Shown: in pieces, positions 41,040 through 55,305 of the stretch
Layout of the letters: every line of letters starts with the position of its first letter
Numbering within the stretch: position 1 is the stretch's first letter
Assembly: GCF_009914755.1 (NCBI RefSeq)
Contig: NC_060934.1
From: the human T2T-CHM13v2.0 reference genome, Homo sapiens
Length of the DNA stretch: 64,000 nucleotides
Reading direction: 5' to 3' (one strand)
Translations under genes and position numbers: made by a program
Notes under the pieces: model-generated
The model's database searches: none
Told to the model about the DNA's origin: nothing
The model's input: only the letters and a program-made list of their open reading frames with translations

Positions 41040-41307
41040 TTTATTTATTTACTTATTAATTTTTTTGAGACAGAGTTTTGCTCTGTTGCTGAGGCTAAAG
41101 TGTGGTGGTATGATCTTGGCTCACTGCAACCTCTACTTCCCGGGTTCAAGCGATTCTCCTGCCACAGCCTCCTGAGTAGCTGGGATTGCAGGCACCTGCC
41201 ACCACACCAAGCTAATTTTTGTATTTTTAGTAGGGATGGGGTTTCACCATGTTGGCCAGGCTGGTCTTGAACTGACCTCAAGTCATCCACCCACCACGGT
41301 CTCCCAT
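41040..41307 (-). mobile_element. AluS, 5'-truncated
   Basis: Reverse Alu ending at ...ggtctccca. Confidence 0.92.
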
Positions 41308-42106
41308 ATGACTTTAGGTAGACGTTATTGATGTAGAAAGGTAGATGCTAGATGTTATTGATGTAGAAAGATGATAACACTTAGAAGCTTAGTTCAAGTC
41401 ACTCTCTAACAACTGGCCCGCTGCCAACAAATGGAATTTTTCAACTTACTGCCTATGACCTAACTATCGTTGAACTCACAGGCAAGCTTTTAGGAAGAGA
41501 CCTAGTTTAGAATAATGTATTCTGGTAGAGTCATACTGCTCCTTCCAAAGAGACACCTCTTAGCTGCCTCTCATCTCCCTAATAGCAACAGACTTCTGTA
41601 CAATGTAAAACCAGTTGGTTTTCTGTAGTTTTGAGCCTAATTTTGCTTTGCCTCTTTACAAGGGGGAGATCTGCCTTTGCAAACATGAAGGATAGAGGGG
41701 CTTTATCTGCTTTGGGAATTAAATGGATTAAAGGTGCTGTGAGGCTGATCTTGCAGTTCTCCCCATACCTGTCTGTCCCTGGCCATGTCCTGTGGGGAAG
41801 CAATGATGTTCAGAGGGTTCTCACTTCAACAAGGTAGTGGAATTTCTCCTCTTCTTCTAGTTTGTTGGTGGCCAAGTGACTGTTTCTGCAGAATCCCAAG
41901 CCTTTGGTCTCCACTGGCCAAAAGCCAGGCATGGACCATGGTCTTAAAGAGCAAGCATGCAGAATTTAGGGTGTTTTGTTGCCTGAGTGGCTCCCTCTCA
42001 CCTTGCCCCGATTCCCCTCTCTCAACCCCTACAGAGGTATGCACAACAGGTTAGCATTAAAAGGTCCTGGGGAACTTATCTGAAGACCGCATTTCTTGGG
42101 CACTTA

Positions 42107-42472
<366 letters not shown>

Positions 42473-43203
42473 TCACTGGGCAGGTAGGGGAATAATTGTG
42501 AAGTGATGAAGAATGGAGAAAGGAAACAGGTACTTGCTGCCAACTCCTTCTTTTTGGGTGCAGTTCAAGGACCCCTATATCCTGTTCTTTGCAGATAAAA
42601 TCACCAAGTTTTACCCTAAAACTTCACTGCCTATAAAAAGGCACTAACTGAAAGCTACTTTGATTTAAATTTTTACCTGATTTTATCTTTCAAATGGAAA
42701 AGGAAATTCAAGACTACCCAACCTTTCAAACTTTGGGCAGGCAGTCTTTGGACTTGTGTGTGCCCTTTTATCTTTACCAAGACCCTATAAATATTGGCAG
42801 ATAGTCTCTCATTGGTTTATTGCGTGCAAAAATATGCTAGGAAAAAATAGTTCACACCCTGATTACTCAAGTGAGCCAAATTTAAATTTTCTTTAAAATA
42901 TTTCGGTGCCAAACACTATCCTTCACAAATACGTGTGATAAAAAAAATGTGTCAGGTTCACAGCTTCTTTTTCATTAATTTTTTTAAAGATAATATTTTT
43001 TTAGTTGGGGGACAACAGTCAAATGTGACATTTAATTTTAAACCAACAGAGCCGGAAAAGTCCTAAATGGAACCGTAGATGGCACATACATAAAGAGGGA
43101 CTATAACCAAAAAGCAGCCCTGATGTTTTTTATAATGTAGCAATAAGAAAATATACCAAGAAACCACGTAGCCAATGGTAGGCAGAACAGCTCAGCAGCA
43201 GAT

Positions 43204-43409
43204 GCACACATTTTATTGGTCTGGTCTCTGGAAGAGTAGCAATTTTGTTAGAGTGAGTGCGATGGTTGCTACTAACAGGAATGATGAATATGCGCTTTTT
43301 TATTTTGCACACATTTTATTGGTCTGGTCTCTGGAAGAGTAACAATTTTGTAAGAGTGAGTGTGATGGTTGTTACTAACAGGAATGATGAATGTGTGCTT
43401 TTTTATTTT
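43204..43409. repeat. Tandem duplication, 2 x 103 bp of unique sequence
   Basis: gcacacattttattggtctggtctctggaagagt... at 43204 and 43307; about 6 substitutions. Confidence 0.95.
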
Positions 43410-44179
43410 TCATTTGCATGGAAACAGACATGTTGATTTAAAATGTGTTTTTAATCTGTACCTCCAAAAGGTTGCTGTTTGGGTTTCCACCCTGAAAAAC
43501 CCACTTTGTTTTTCTTGTCTCTTTCCTGGTGTTAATCTGTTTGTGTTTGTTTCCTTCTGTGCTAAAGGAAACTGGATGGTGCCCTTACTCTGTATCACAG
43601 CCTGCTAAGGGCTGCTGAGGTCTAGAGTTTCATGATAACTGTATGTTAGAATTTTATGAAAATACATGGTCAGACAAAAGGTTTTTCTTTCTGTCTGGAT
43701 GATGAGTTGCCACCCTAAAATGTTGAAATTCCTGGGACATCTTGATTGCTAATTTATGAGACAAAATGATGGGAATTTATGAAATCAAGCCTGTTCAGAA
43801 ACAGTCAGGAAATATAACTGACAGAGGCTCATTAGTAGAGCTACCTAATTCACTGGGTTAAAAAAAAAAAATCTCACACTCTATGAATTCACTGTGAGGA
43901 AACTATAAAATAATGAGCTGCAACAATGGAATCTTAAGGAGATGTATTTATGTGAAATCAATTAGATACTGAGCTACCAGTGAGCTGTGATTGCCAACTG
44001 ATGATACATCAGAATTGTTTGATTTCGAGAAATTATGATTTTTTAAAATCAAACAGTATTTTTGAAATAGCAAGCATAAGAGCTCGGTGATCCAGGAGGT
44101 TGTTTTTGGGAAGTACGAGCCTGGATCCTACCTCTACACAGTGGTTAGCAGATCTTAGCAAGACTGCAGAAATGAGCCG

Positions 44180-44389
44180 GGAGTGGAGCTGAGGTTTTTT
44201 TGTTTTGTTTTGTTTTTTGACCTACTTATTAGCTGTGCAACCTCGGGCAAGAGGATGAACTCTCTATGCCTCAATTTCCTCAAGTCAGGAGTGGAGCTGA
44301 GGTTTTTGTTTTGTTTTGTTTTTTGACCTACTTATTAGCTGTGCAACCTCGGGCAAGAGGATGAACTCTGTATGCCTCAGTTTCCTCAA
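44180..44389. repeat. Tandem duplication, ~104-bp copies (period 108), overlapping a MIR
   Basis: ggagtggagctgaggtttt...atgcctca(a/g)tttcctcaa at 44180-44283 and 44288-44389 with spacer gtca. Confidence 0.95.
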
Positions 44390-46823
44390 CAGCAAAATCA
44401 GGGCGATAACAGAACCTGCCTCATAGGTTGTTGTGCAGATTAAATCAGTTAACACCTGTGAAGAGTATAGAACAGTGTTTGACCATTTTAGTGCCTATAT
44501 AAGGGTTTGTTATGATCGTGAATATTGTTATTCACATTCACTTATTTGTGTACACACTGTACCTCTGGTTCAAGTTTATTCTGTTAGCAAGTTCTTATTA
44601 TGGCTCTTACACTGTGCTAGAAATTGGGATGGTTACTGTGTAAAATTAGAAGGGGATTATAGTTTCTGCAAATGTGAGACTCTGGGTAGATAAGAAGTAT
44701 TAGGCAAATTATCATTGTATGTGGAATTCTTACTTTCATTTGATTTATTAATTATAAATCTTCAAGTGTGTGTGCACGCACACACACACACACAGTCTTA
44801 CTCTCACTCATCTACTCAAGCAGTTATTGGTTGACACACCCATTGAGAAGCAGCTGCTCTATCTTTGGAGAAGCAGGGGGCACTTCAGCTTTGGAAAAGA
44901 TCCGGAAGGACTGTTCACCCCCTCACCATCCAAAACAGCCCCATTCTCAAGAATTCTACAAGCTTAAGAATACCTTTTTTTACCTCTCCATTTGTCCTGA
45001 AATTTATGACCAAACACTATCTAGCAAAGTTATCTGGTAAGATTGTGAAATATTTGATCTTAGGACACTATCATTTAATGGAAAATACAACCACAGTCTA
45101 TATTTGCACACGTGTGTGTGTGTATCTCCCTCTGGACAAATAATATCTTGAATTTTGAAAACACAGTAAATTATGTTGTCTTCTTGAACCTACAGTCCCT
45201 CCTAATTTTTGTTGATTGACGTTTTGTTCTATATTGAAGACCCATATGACCTGGCAACATTCATGTGACCCTGCCATTGTGATTCAGGCAGCTGTATCCA
45301 TGTGTGACTCAGGTCTCCAGGCGCTACCTGGTAGCCCACTCATTCCTTTTCTGCAATATTCTTCCTAACTGATCCGATCAATGCAGTTTAACCAACAGAC
45401 AAGGGCTTTTGTTACATCAAACTTATAAAACGTTTCCTTGCCATGTTTGTTTCATAGCCATCCTTATGATTCATTTGTAAATGATATTATTAACATTTTC
45501 TATTATAACCACTGCATGTTTTGGCCCATAATACCTCTTACCTGTCCTAAGGAAGTCCGCAGCCTGGTGGAGTCCTCTATGGCCCCCTGCCTCCAGCACC
45601 TCTTGTTCCCAGGCTCCGCCATCTTTTCCATTCTCCATCTTCCCTGGCTCTCTAAGCCTACTTGTCCTTTCTTGCCCATCCCTACAGTCCTAGGCAAGTC
45701 TCCATTCCCTCTTCAAGTCTTCTGAAGGAGACTGTTTATTCATTTATCATGCAAACAGTCAGCATCTACTTGGTAACACAGGGCTATGCCTGAAACCCAG
45801 AAGAATCCTGTTTTTGACAATGTCACTCCCATATAAAAGTCTGATGCAACTATCTAATACTCATGTGGCCCGAACATGGACTATTTAATTAAAATTTCTT
45901 AACAATTTTTTTAACCCAAGAAAATAACATCATAGCATTTCCTAGTTTTCATTTTGCCTGGAAAAAATTGGCATAGTTGGTAGAGACTGGATCCTTTAAA
46001 TAATTGAAATTCTTTGAGCCTATTGTAAGTGGCAGGTTGGGTAAAGCAGTCAGGGAAAGCAGGATATTCTGATGCAACATAAAAACACACATTTCATTTT
46101 TGTTTTGATGTAGATCCTGAGGGCTTATACATATTTCTACTATATTATGCAAACTTCCTACCATCTAGTTTGTCTATTTTTAATGAGGACATAGGGAAAA
46201 ATAAAACATGTATAAATTAATGAAAGCATAATTAGGATACATACAAATTCTCTGTTGTTATTTGGCTCAGGTGAGAATTGTGTATTTTGTTTATATTTAG
46301 TTCTCAGCGCTTGGTTTTATAGAAAAGGCAAATTTGCAGTGTTATTCCAGATCCATGTACTACAGGGGAAAGATCATAGGCTTTGTCATTTATACATTTG
46401 ATTGACTAATAGTTTAGTAGTTGTGGTCACATTGAACAAATGTCACAACTCATCTGATCTTCAGTGTTCCCATTTATTAATTAAAATTAATTCTGATTTA
46501 TAAATTTATACCCCTCTATAAAATGGGTATTTTAATAATAATGCCTATCTCATTTGATTGCTTGGTGAATTCAATTAGATAATATTTGTAAAACAATAAA
46601 GAATGGAGCTTATAAAAGATAGCTGTGGTTTTCATTTTTGTTGTTTTGATGCAGGACATTTACTTTCAAATTTAGTGGACACAACTCTCTATGTAATCTT
46701 ACAACAAGAATAATATTCAGCTGTCTGTCAAGATTTCAACTTATATGAAAAGAAGTTAAGATAGAAAATTCTACACAGAATACAATTCAAATTGCTCTCT
46801 AGGGTTTAGGTGAAGAAAGGAGA

Positions 46824-47117
<294 letters not shown>

Positions 47118-47176
47118 CGAGAGACAGAAAAATACACATATTTTTCAGGTAGACTCCCACTTTTCTCTCCCAATAT

Positions 47177-47351
47177 GGTGGTTTTCAACTGTGGCTGCCA
47201 GTCAGAGTCACGTGGGGAGATTTTAAAATATGCTTATGCCCAAGCCCATCCTAGACTAGTTAGGTCATAATATTTGGAGAGGAGCCCAGGCTTCAATACT
47301 TCTAAAAACGATGAGGGGATTTTACTGGGCACCCAGGTTTGAGAATCACTG
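47177..47351. mobile_element. MER5-like remnant
   Basis: gtggttttcaac...ccaggtttgagaatcactg inverted termini. Confidence 0.65.
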
Positions 47352-48407
47352 TTTTAAACCATCCTGGTCTAATAAACATTGTTCAACTTTCATAGGTTCC
47401 AAGATCGGGCCAGGTTGGTCCCTACCCCGGTTTGTCAACATAACTGTGTGTTTCAAATTAATCCTGTGATTGAAATTGTTCCCTCAGTAGTGATGTAAAT
47501 GAGTAGCAGCTTGTACTTGAATATTCCACATAGCCCTGGACTCTAGGACCCATGTCGTATTTATCCTGCTGGTGTTATTGTCCAGCGTACCACCAGTAAC
47601 AAAATGGAGCTCAGTGATTGCTTTTTGGTTTGAAACAGTAGATTATCTTCAGCCTTTTCATCTCCAGGCTGCATATGATATCAGTAGAACTCCTGGTGCA
47701 GTGTCAGCATAAAGACAGCATAACCTCACGGAAAGAGTGCCCCTTTATTTCAAAGTAACATCTAAGTGTGGTGAGGGAGACAGACAAACATAAAACCATT
47801 TATAATGATACAGCATAGTAGAACAACAATGAGGGGTGCTCTCAGCAAATTGGCTCATGTGGGATTACCTCTGCTTTTGAACTGTGCAGCAGAGCTCACA
47901 CGGTGGATGTTGGTCCTATTTTTTCTTGGTGTGTTCCTGCTGCTGCTTCATGCTGCCATTTCCCCATCTGTTGAGTAATCCTGATTATGTTCTTGCTTGC
48001 TTTCCAACATATTTCTATGGGAAATCATTATTCTAATATAAACTCATAAGCATTATCATTAGTAAGAGTTTAACCTCTATGATTCCTTTTAAATCCAATC
48101 ATATGGCCATGAATAAATCATGAACCTAAGATATTCCTTCTAATTGTTCGTATTAATTACTTTCTTTAAGATTGTCTTATCTGAGTTTGTTTGCTTGTAT
48201 GCTTGTTTATTTTTTCTCTGTATCTTCATTTGTGTTTTTCCTATTTTTCTATGACCATTTTTTTTGGTACTTTCACTCAAATAGAATAGGTCAGATTTTT
48301 TCCTTTGTCATTAGTAATAACCTCTCACGATCAAAAATTTGGAAACTATGGAGAAATGAGAGAGAAACCAAATCCTCCAAATGGCCACCAACAAAAAAAG
48401 TTTTTGA

Positions 48408-48818
<411 letters not shown>

Positions 48819-50012
48819 TAAGCATCTTTCCATTTTATTAGAAACACTGGTAAACATATTTTAATTGGCTGCATAACATACAATGTACTAGACTTACCAG
48901 GTTAAGTTAATATAACTATTTCCCTCTATTGGACATTTAAGCATTTATCTTTTCCCCCTTTTTCTGAATGAGCTGCTGCAGTAAATATCTGTGCGTTTTT
49001 TTTCTTACTGTCCATTTGCTCAAGATCAATTCTCAAAATGTAAGGATAGGGTATCTGAGCTGCCTTGTTAAGACCATGGAATATTTAGGGAGCATGTGGC
49101 AAGTTCTCATGGCTTTTCCCTGGGGATGCTGGAATCTCAGTGCAGTGAGGTTTTGAAGGAATTCTCTGTCCGTTCTGCGTGGGGTCCTCTTCCCACCTGG
49201 AATAAGTGATTGTGGAAGCATTGGGGATATTTGGCACATTCTGGTGTTCCTTTCTTGCCTTGGTCTCCCCTCTTTCCCCTGGAGCAAAGGAACGACACCA
49301 GGCTGTGGAAGCTGTGCTCTTCCAGACACTGCTGAAAGGCAGTACCAAGATAATGTTGTCTGTCCCCTCTGCAGCCAGAGTGGACGCTCGAGCAATCCCA
49401 CAGGTAATTTTCAGCTACTGTAGGATTCCAGCCGCCGAGAGCCTGGTTACCAACCTCCTGCTTCTGATATTAATCTCTTGCTATTTCCTGGCCCGTGATT
49501 GGCATGATGAGCATATTCATCTCTCTTCATCTGTCCCTGACAGGGATGGCTATGTTTATGCCCACGGGGTGCATCATCGAGATAACCATCATTAAGCAAG
49601 GCCTTGATGATGAACTGTTCAGATTCATTAAATCCTCTAATGAGATGGAGCCTGTTATGATGAATGGACAGGCAGCCTGCATATCTCCACGCCAGATACT
49701 CTCCACTGGTTTCAAGCAGATATTCCTTGTGGCTCATTGCCAAAAAATGAGTACTGTCAATCAAGGTGCTGGGTCTGTGGCACTGAACTCCTAAAGCTCT
49801 GATTGATCCATTGGGACATCTGTGAAGAGATGAAGCAGCCGCTATCTTCTGGGTTTGGGATAAGGAATTCCATATTTCTCCTGGCACATCCTTAGAGCTA
49901 TTTGCATATTCTGGCCACCACTCCAATTCCCCTCTCTCTCTTAAGCTCCAAGCCTAATCAGCAGGTTCATCACTGTGTTATCTCATAAACAGTACCTGGA
50001 TTCTTTCCAATT

Positions 50013-50158
50013 TATAAATATTCATATATATTCATATATATATAATTTGTGTATATATACAAATGTATATATACAAATGTATACAATACGTATATATAAT
50101 TTATATATAATTTTAAATATTAATGCATATTTAAATATTCATATATATATGAATATAT
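50013..50158. repeat. AT-rich low-complexity tract (degenerate Alu tail)
   Basis: (TA)-rich sequence abutting the AluJ at 50159. Confidence 0.85.
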
Positions 50159-50438
50159 GAACAAGGTCTTGCTTTGTTGCCCAGGCTGGGCAGCAGTGGC
50201 ACAATCGTAAGCTCACCTTCAGCTTTATCCTCCTGGGTTCAAGCAATCCTGCCTCAGCCTCTCAAGTAGCTAGAACTATAGGTCTGTGCCACCATGCCCA
50301 GCTGATGTTTTTAAATATTTTTAGAAATGTGTCTGGTTATATTGCTCAGGCTGGTCTCCAGCTCCAAGCCTCAAGTGATCCTCCTGCCTGGCCTGACCAA
50401 GTGGTTGTGATTACAAGCATGAGCCAGCACATCCAGCT
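50159..50438 (-). mobile_element. AluJ
   Basis: Diverged reverse Alu. Confidence 0.88.
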
Positions 50439-51615
50439 CTTTCCAGTTTTTTTTCATTGCAATTGACACTTCCCTATTTCACCAACCTCATTGCTCTTTC
50501 AGTCTCCGGTTCTCCCCTGTAACTATCATTCTCCAATTTGCAGTCCGAGTTCTTTTCTTAGAACAAAAATATGATTGTGTCCTTCACTGGGTTAAATGCT
50601 TCAGAGGGTCCACATTGTTTTCCAGATGAGATCCAAACTCTTCAATGCATCTTACAAGGCCCTTCATCATGTGACCCCATTTATCTCTCCTGTCTCCTGC
50701 CTGCTTTCTGGATTCTGCCATAGGCTCCACCTGGAACATTCTTTCTTCCCTACCTTTCTTTGGGGAACTTTCCCTGAGGCCTTATGCTGGGTTATTGATG
50801 CCATGCTATGCTTTTCCCTTGCTCTGTCTTCCTCCATCCTGGAATTTGGAATATTGGGCTGTATTTGCTTATCTGTCATCTACATATTCTCCTTGAATAT
50901 CACTAGTACTTTCAGGTCGCTGACACATAGGAAGCAACCAGTAAATAAATGCTTTGAATGAATTGGCCTAAAAGTCACTTCTCTTTATCCAAGGGCATTT
51001 GAGAATAAAGGCTGACACTGACAAATATACAAAGAAATAACATTCATACTTATATCTGTGGCAAACTTTGTATATCCTACAAACTAAAAATTCAGTAAGA
51101 TATAAGTAAGTAAGTAAATAAATATAAGTAATATAAGTAAATAAATATCAATCTTATAGCAAATTTAATTGATTAAACTAATGAATTAAGCCCAAAGGGG
51201 ATTCATATGTATATGAATATGAATATATATTCATATATCATATGATCTTTCCTCTTAGGTCATAAATTTGAAAAAAAATCAATGCTAGTATATTGCTTCA
51301 AAAGAACACTTTGACTTAAATCCTAAATCTTATTTTCTTATGACTATAGCATCAAATGTTTAATATGTTCAATCAGTTATATTTCCTTTTTAATTTTCAT
51401 TTAAACTTTATATGCACGTATACACACACATATATATGTATGTGTAAGTAGGATAATGGTATATCCAAGATAAACTCTTCTGCAATTGGGCGCTTATGTT
51501 TCTTTGGGTTAGATTTCTAGGTGTAGGATTCCTGGGTGGAACAAAGCCGATATGTCAGAGTATCATTTCCCCAAATCTCCAAATCTCTGACGAGAGGAAG
51601 TGTTGAGACTCTTAA

Positions 51616-52028
<413 letters not shown>

Positions 52029-52099
52029 AAGGCTTGCTCTTCTTAATCATTGACTGTTCTCATACTTTACCTGCATTTTACTGGGTTTTGGGACTTTTA

Positions 52100-52229
52100 T
52101 TATTTTTGTTTGATAGAAACAGACCCTCACTATGTTGTCCAGGCTGGTCTCAAACTCTTGGCCTCAAGTGATCCTCCCACATGGCCTTCCAAAGCACTGG
52201 GATTATAGGCGTAAGCACTGCACCTAGCC
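52100..52229 (-). mobile_element. Alu left monomer (FLAM-like)
   Basis: cactatgttgtccaggctggtctcaaactc...gcacctagcc. Confidence 0.85.
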
Positions 52230-52404
52230 AATTTTTAACACATTTTGTAGAGTACAGCTATTATCCCTTCATCTCTCATTTGTGTAGCAAATATTTATTC
52301 CAGATTTTCTTATTAATTTTGTAGTATCTTTTGCAGTATAATTTATTTAAATATGTTATAATTCTATATGTCTGTATTCTTTTATTACTTTTATATAGCT
52401 GGCT

Positions 52405-52915
52405 TGTATATTCATTTCCTGTGGCTACTGTAACAAATTGCCATAGACTTTTTGGTTTAAGAAGCAGAAATTTATTTTCTTACAGACCTGGAGGTAAGAA
52501 GCCCGAAATCAGTTTCCCCGGATCAAAACCAAGGTGTCAGAGGGTGATGCTCCCTCCAGTGGCTCCAGAGCCTGCCAGCATTCCTCGTCTCTCCCAGCTT
52601 CTTGTGGCTTCTGGCATTCCTTGGCTTGCTGCTGCACCTTCCAGCCTTCAAGGCCAGCATCTTCCAATCTCTTCCTGCTCCATCTTCACAGTGTCTTCTC
52701 CTCTAGTTGTGTCAAATCCCCTTTTGCCCATCTCTTATAAGTACACTTGTGATTGTATTTAGGATTATCCTCAGATAATCCAGGATAATCCCTCATCATA
52801 AGATCCTTAATTTAATAATGTCTGCAAAGACCCTATTTTCAAATAAGGTAATATTGACAGGCTCCAGAGATTCAGATGCACTATCTTTGGGGAGCCATTT
52901 TTTAGCCTGCTAACA
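52405..52915 (-). mobile_element. MLT1 (A/B/C-type) MaLR LTR
   Basis: ttcctgtggctactgtaacaaattgcca...cagaaatttattttcttacag...gataatccaggataatc...atctttggggagccatt. Confidence 0.85.
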
Positions 52916-53120
52916 GCCTGATTAAGGTTCCCCCATTCCAAGACAGTACACATCATTGCCTGGATCTTTTTGAAAGTATTAGTGTGTACTAATTCTGACT
53001 GGAAACACATTTTTACTTGTAATATAATATAGAGGTCCCTTCATACGTGCCGGAATAAACCTTTTTAACTGTTTCGAACTGAATTAAAATAGCGTCTTTT
53101 TATTGATAAAAATATTGTGC

Positions 53121-53591
53121 CTCTATTTACAATAGCAAAGGCTTGGAACCAACCCAAATGCCCATCAATGATAGACTGGATAAAGAAAATATGGCACATA
53201 TACACCATGGAATACTATGCAGCCATAAAAAAGAATGAGTTCATGTCCTTTGCAGGGACATGGATGAAGCTAGAAGCCATCATTCTCAGCAAACTAACAC
53301 AGGAACAGAAAACAAAACACCACATGTTCTCATTCATAAGTGGGATTCAAACAATGAGAACACATGGACACAGGAAGGGGAACATCACATGCCAGGGCCT
53401 GCTGGGGGATGGGGGGCAAGGGGAGGGAGAGCATTAGGACAAATACCTAATGCATGCGGGCCTTAAAACCCAGATGATGGGTTGATAGGTGCAGCAAACC
53501 ACCATGGCACATGTATACCTATGTAACAAACCTGCATGTTCTGCACATGTATCCCAGAACTTAAAAATTAAAAAAGAAAACAAAACAAACA
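53121..53591 (+). mobile_element. L1PA (about PA7-10) 3' end
   Basis: ORF2 terminus LFTIAKAWNQPKCPSMIDWIKKIWHIYTMEYYAAIKKNEFMSFAGTWMKLE; G-rich 3'UTR; TSD aaaaat(a/c)ttgtgc (53108-53120, 53592-53604). Confidence 0.92.
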
Positions 53592-55245
53592 AAAAATCTT
53601 GTGCATACCATTTCTGGATTATCTATTAAGTTCCCTTCTATATTTATACATTCTTATCCCTCTACCATGTTAATATGATGAATATGATTTTATAGTATTT
53701 TAAAAATAATACTGAAGGTATTTATGGTTATAAATTTCTCTTCCACACCAGATATTGCCTCCTTTCATGGTTTTGCTATGAGGTACCCACCTATTCATAG
53801 CTTTCTAGAGAAGGCATACATTTACTTTTCTTCTTTGGCATAAGGATAATCTAAGAGTGAGTTTTAAATTTCCAAATAGGTAAGATTTGTTTTATACTCA
53901 ACAAAACATGTAAATGATTTGTTGCTAACTTTCTTAGATTGGAGCTGAGAATGAAGCCTATAGAATATCTCATTATAACTTTTGTTCAGGCTTCTTAATG
54001 GCAGTTACAAGATAGATTTTTGTAAATGTTCCACAAACGAAAAATTGTTTTGAGGGGATTTGATATATAGAGTGAGAAGTATATAAAAGTATACATATAA
54101 TCAAGTTTATGGATAATATATAATTTTTATATAGTCTCATTTGTTTTCTATTAGATCTGCCCAATTTTGAGAAATATATTTTGAAGTATTACATTGTGAT
54201 AGTGTCTTAATTGCATTTCTATTAATTTTTGCTTTATATATTTAGTTGCCATGCTCTTTGGTACATCTCAGTTTACAGCTCTCAAAGCACCATAAATTGT
54301 GTCATTTCATAAAAATGACCCACTTTTTCCCATCTAATACCTTAAAGCCTACCTCCATTTTTAGTATAACTTTTACTGAGATTGTTTATCCTGTTGATCA
54401 TAGATCAGCATTTCTCCACCTGTTTTTTATTATTATCTTCCTGAGGAGCCTTCTAATATATTTTTTCTTAATACTGCCTCCCATGATATTATAATATCAC
54501 AGATATACTGCATATGTGTTCTATGTATATCTGTGTGTTAGTCATCGAAAGAGTAACACTATTTCAGTCCCTTTGGGGCAATATCGCTCCCATTGAGAAT
54601 GCGTGTAATTGATTCTCAGTAGACCTTCCCCTGTAATGTGTGACTTCCATTTCAAAAACCCACATTGAGTGCATGAAACACATGTACATATCGTATTGTT
54701 CCTCACTTATTTCTTCTCCCCTCATCTTCTTTGATGGTGTTCAGTGTTATTTACTGTTTGGTTACAGTTTTTCTTTAAACATGAATATGTTCCCCATATG
54801 GGTTAAGTAGGCAAGATAGTCTCTAAGTCTGTTTATATCTGCAAATATTTCTTTCACCCTGGCAGGTAACATTCTTGAGTGTGTAAAGGATTCTTGGGCC
54901 TCAGTCTTTGTCTTCCATAGGCTATACAACCATGTACTTGCAGCTGGTTAGATCTCTGCCAGTCTATCTAATTCATTTTCCTTGATCGGTAACTATTTTT
55001 TTGGCGAGAGGTTGTTCTTTCTCCTCGATGTTAAGTAATTTTACAGAATATAGCTCTAAGTTTTTTCAAATTTGCCTTCACCTTCAGGTACCTTTTCACC
55101 TTATAGATTTAGTTCTTCCCTCAACTTGGATCATTTTTTTTTATTTTGGTATTATTTGCAAACCTAATCTTTTTTGTATGCCTATGAGCCACATGCTGTA
55201 TCTCCTCTATTTATATATCAGCCTTTTCCCCTGATTCCCCTTATT

Positions 55246-55263
55246 TCTCTCTCTCTCTCTCTC

Positions 55264-55302
<39 letters not shown>
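55246..55302. repeat. Compound (CT)n-(TG)n microsatellite
   Basis: Directly visible. Confidence 0.95.

Positions 55303-55305
<3 letters not shown>

Noticed and set aside
49033-49926. Overlapping 87-159 aa ORFs on both strands (possible pseudogene)
   Set aside because: No recognisable protein, poly-A tail or TSD; open frames are better explained by base composition. Retained only as a candidate regulatory element.
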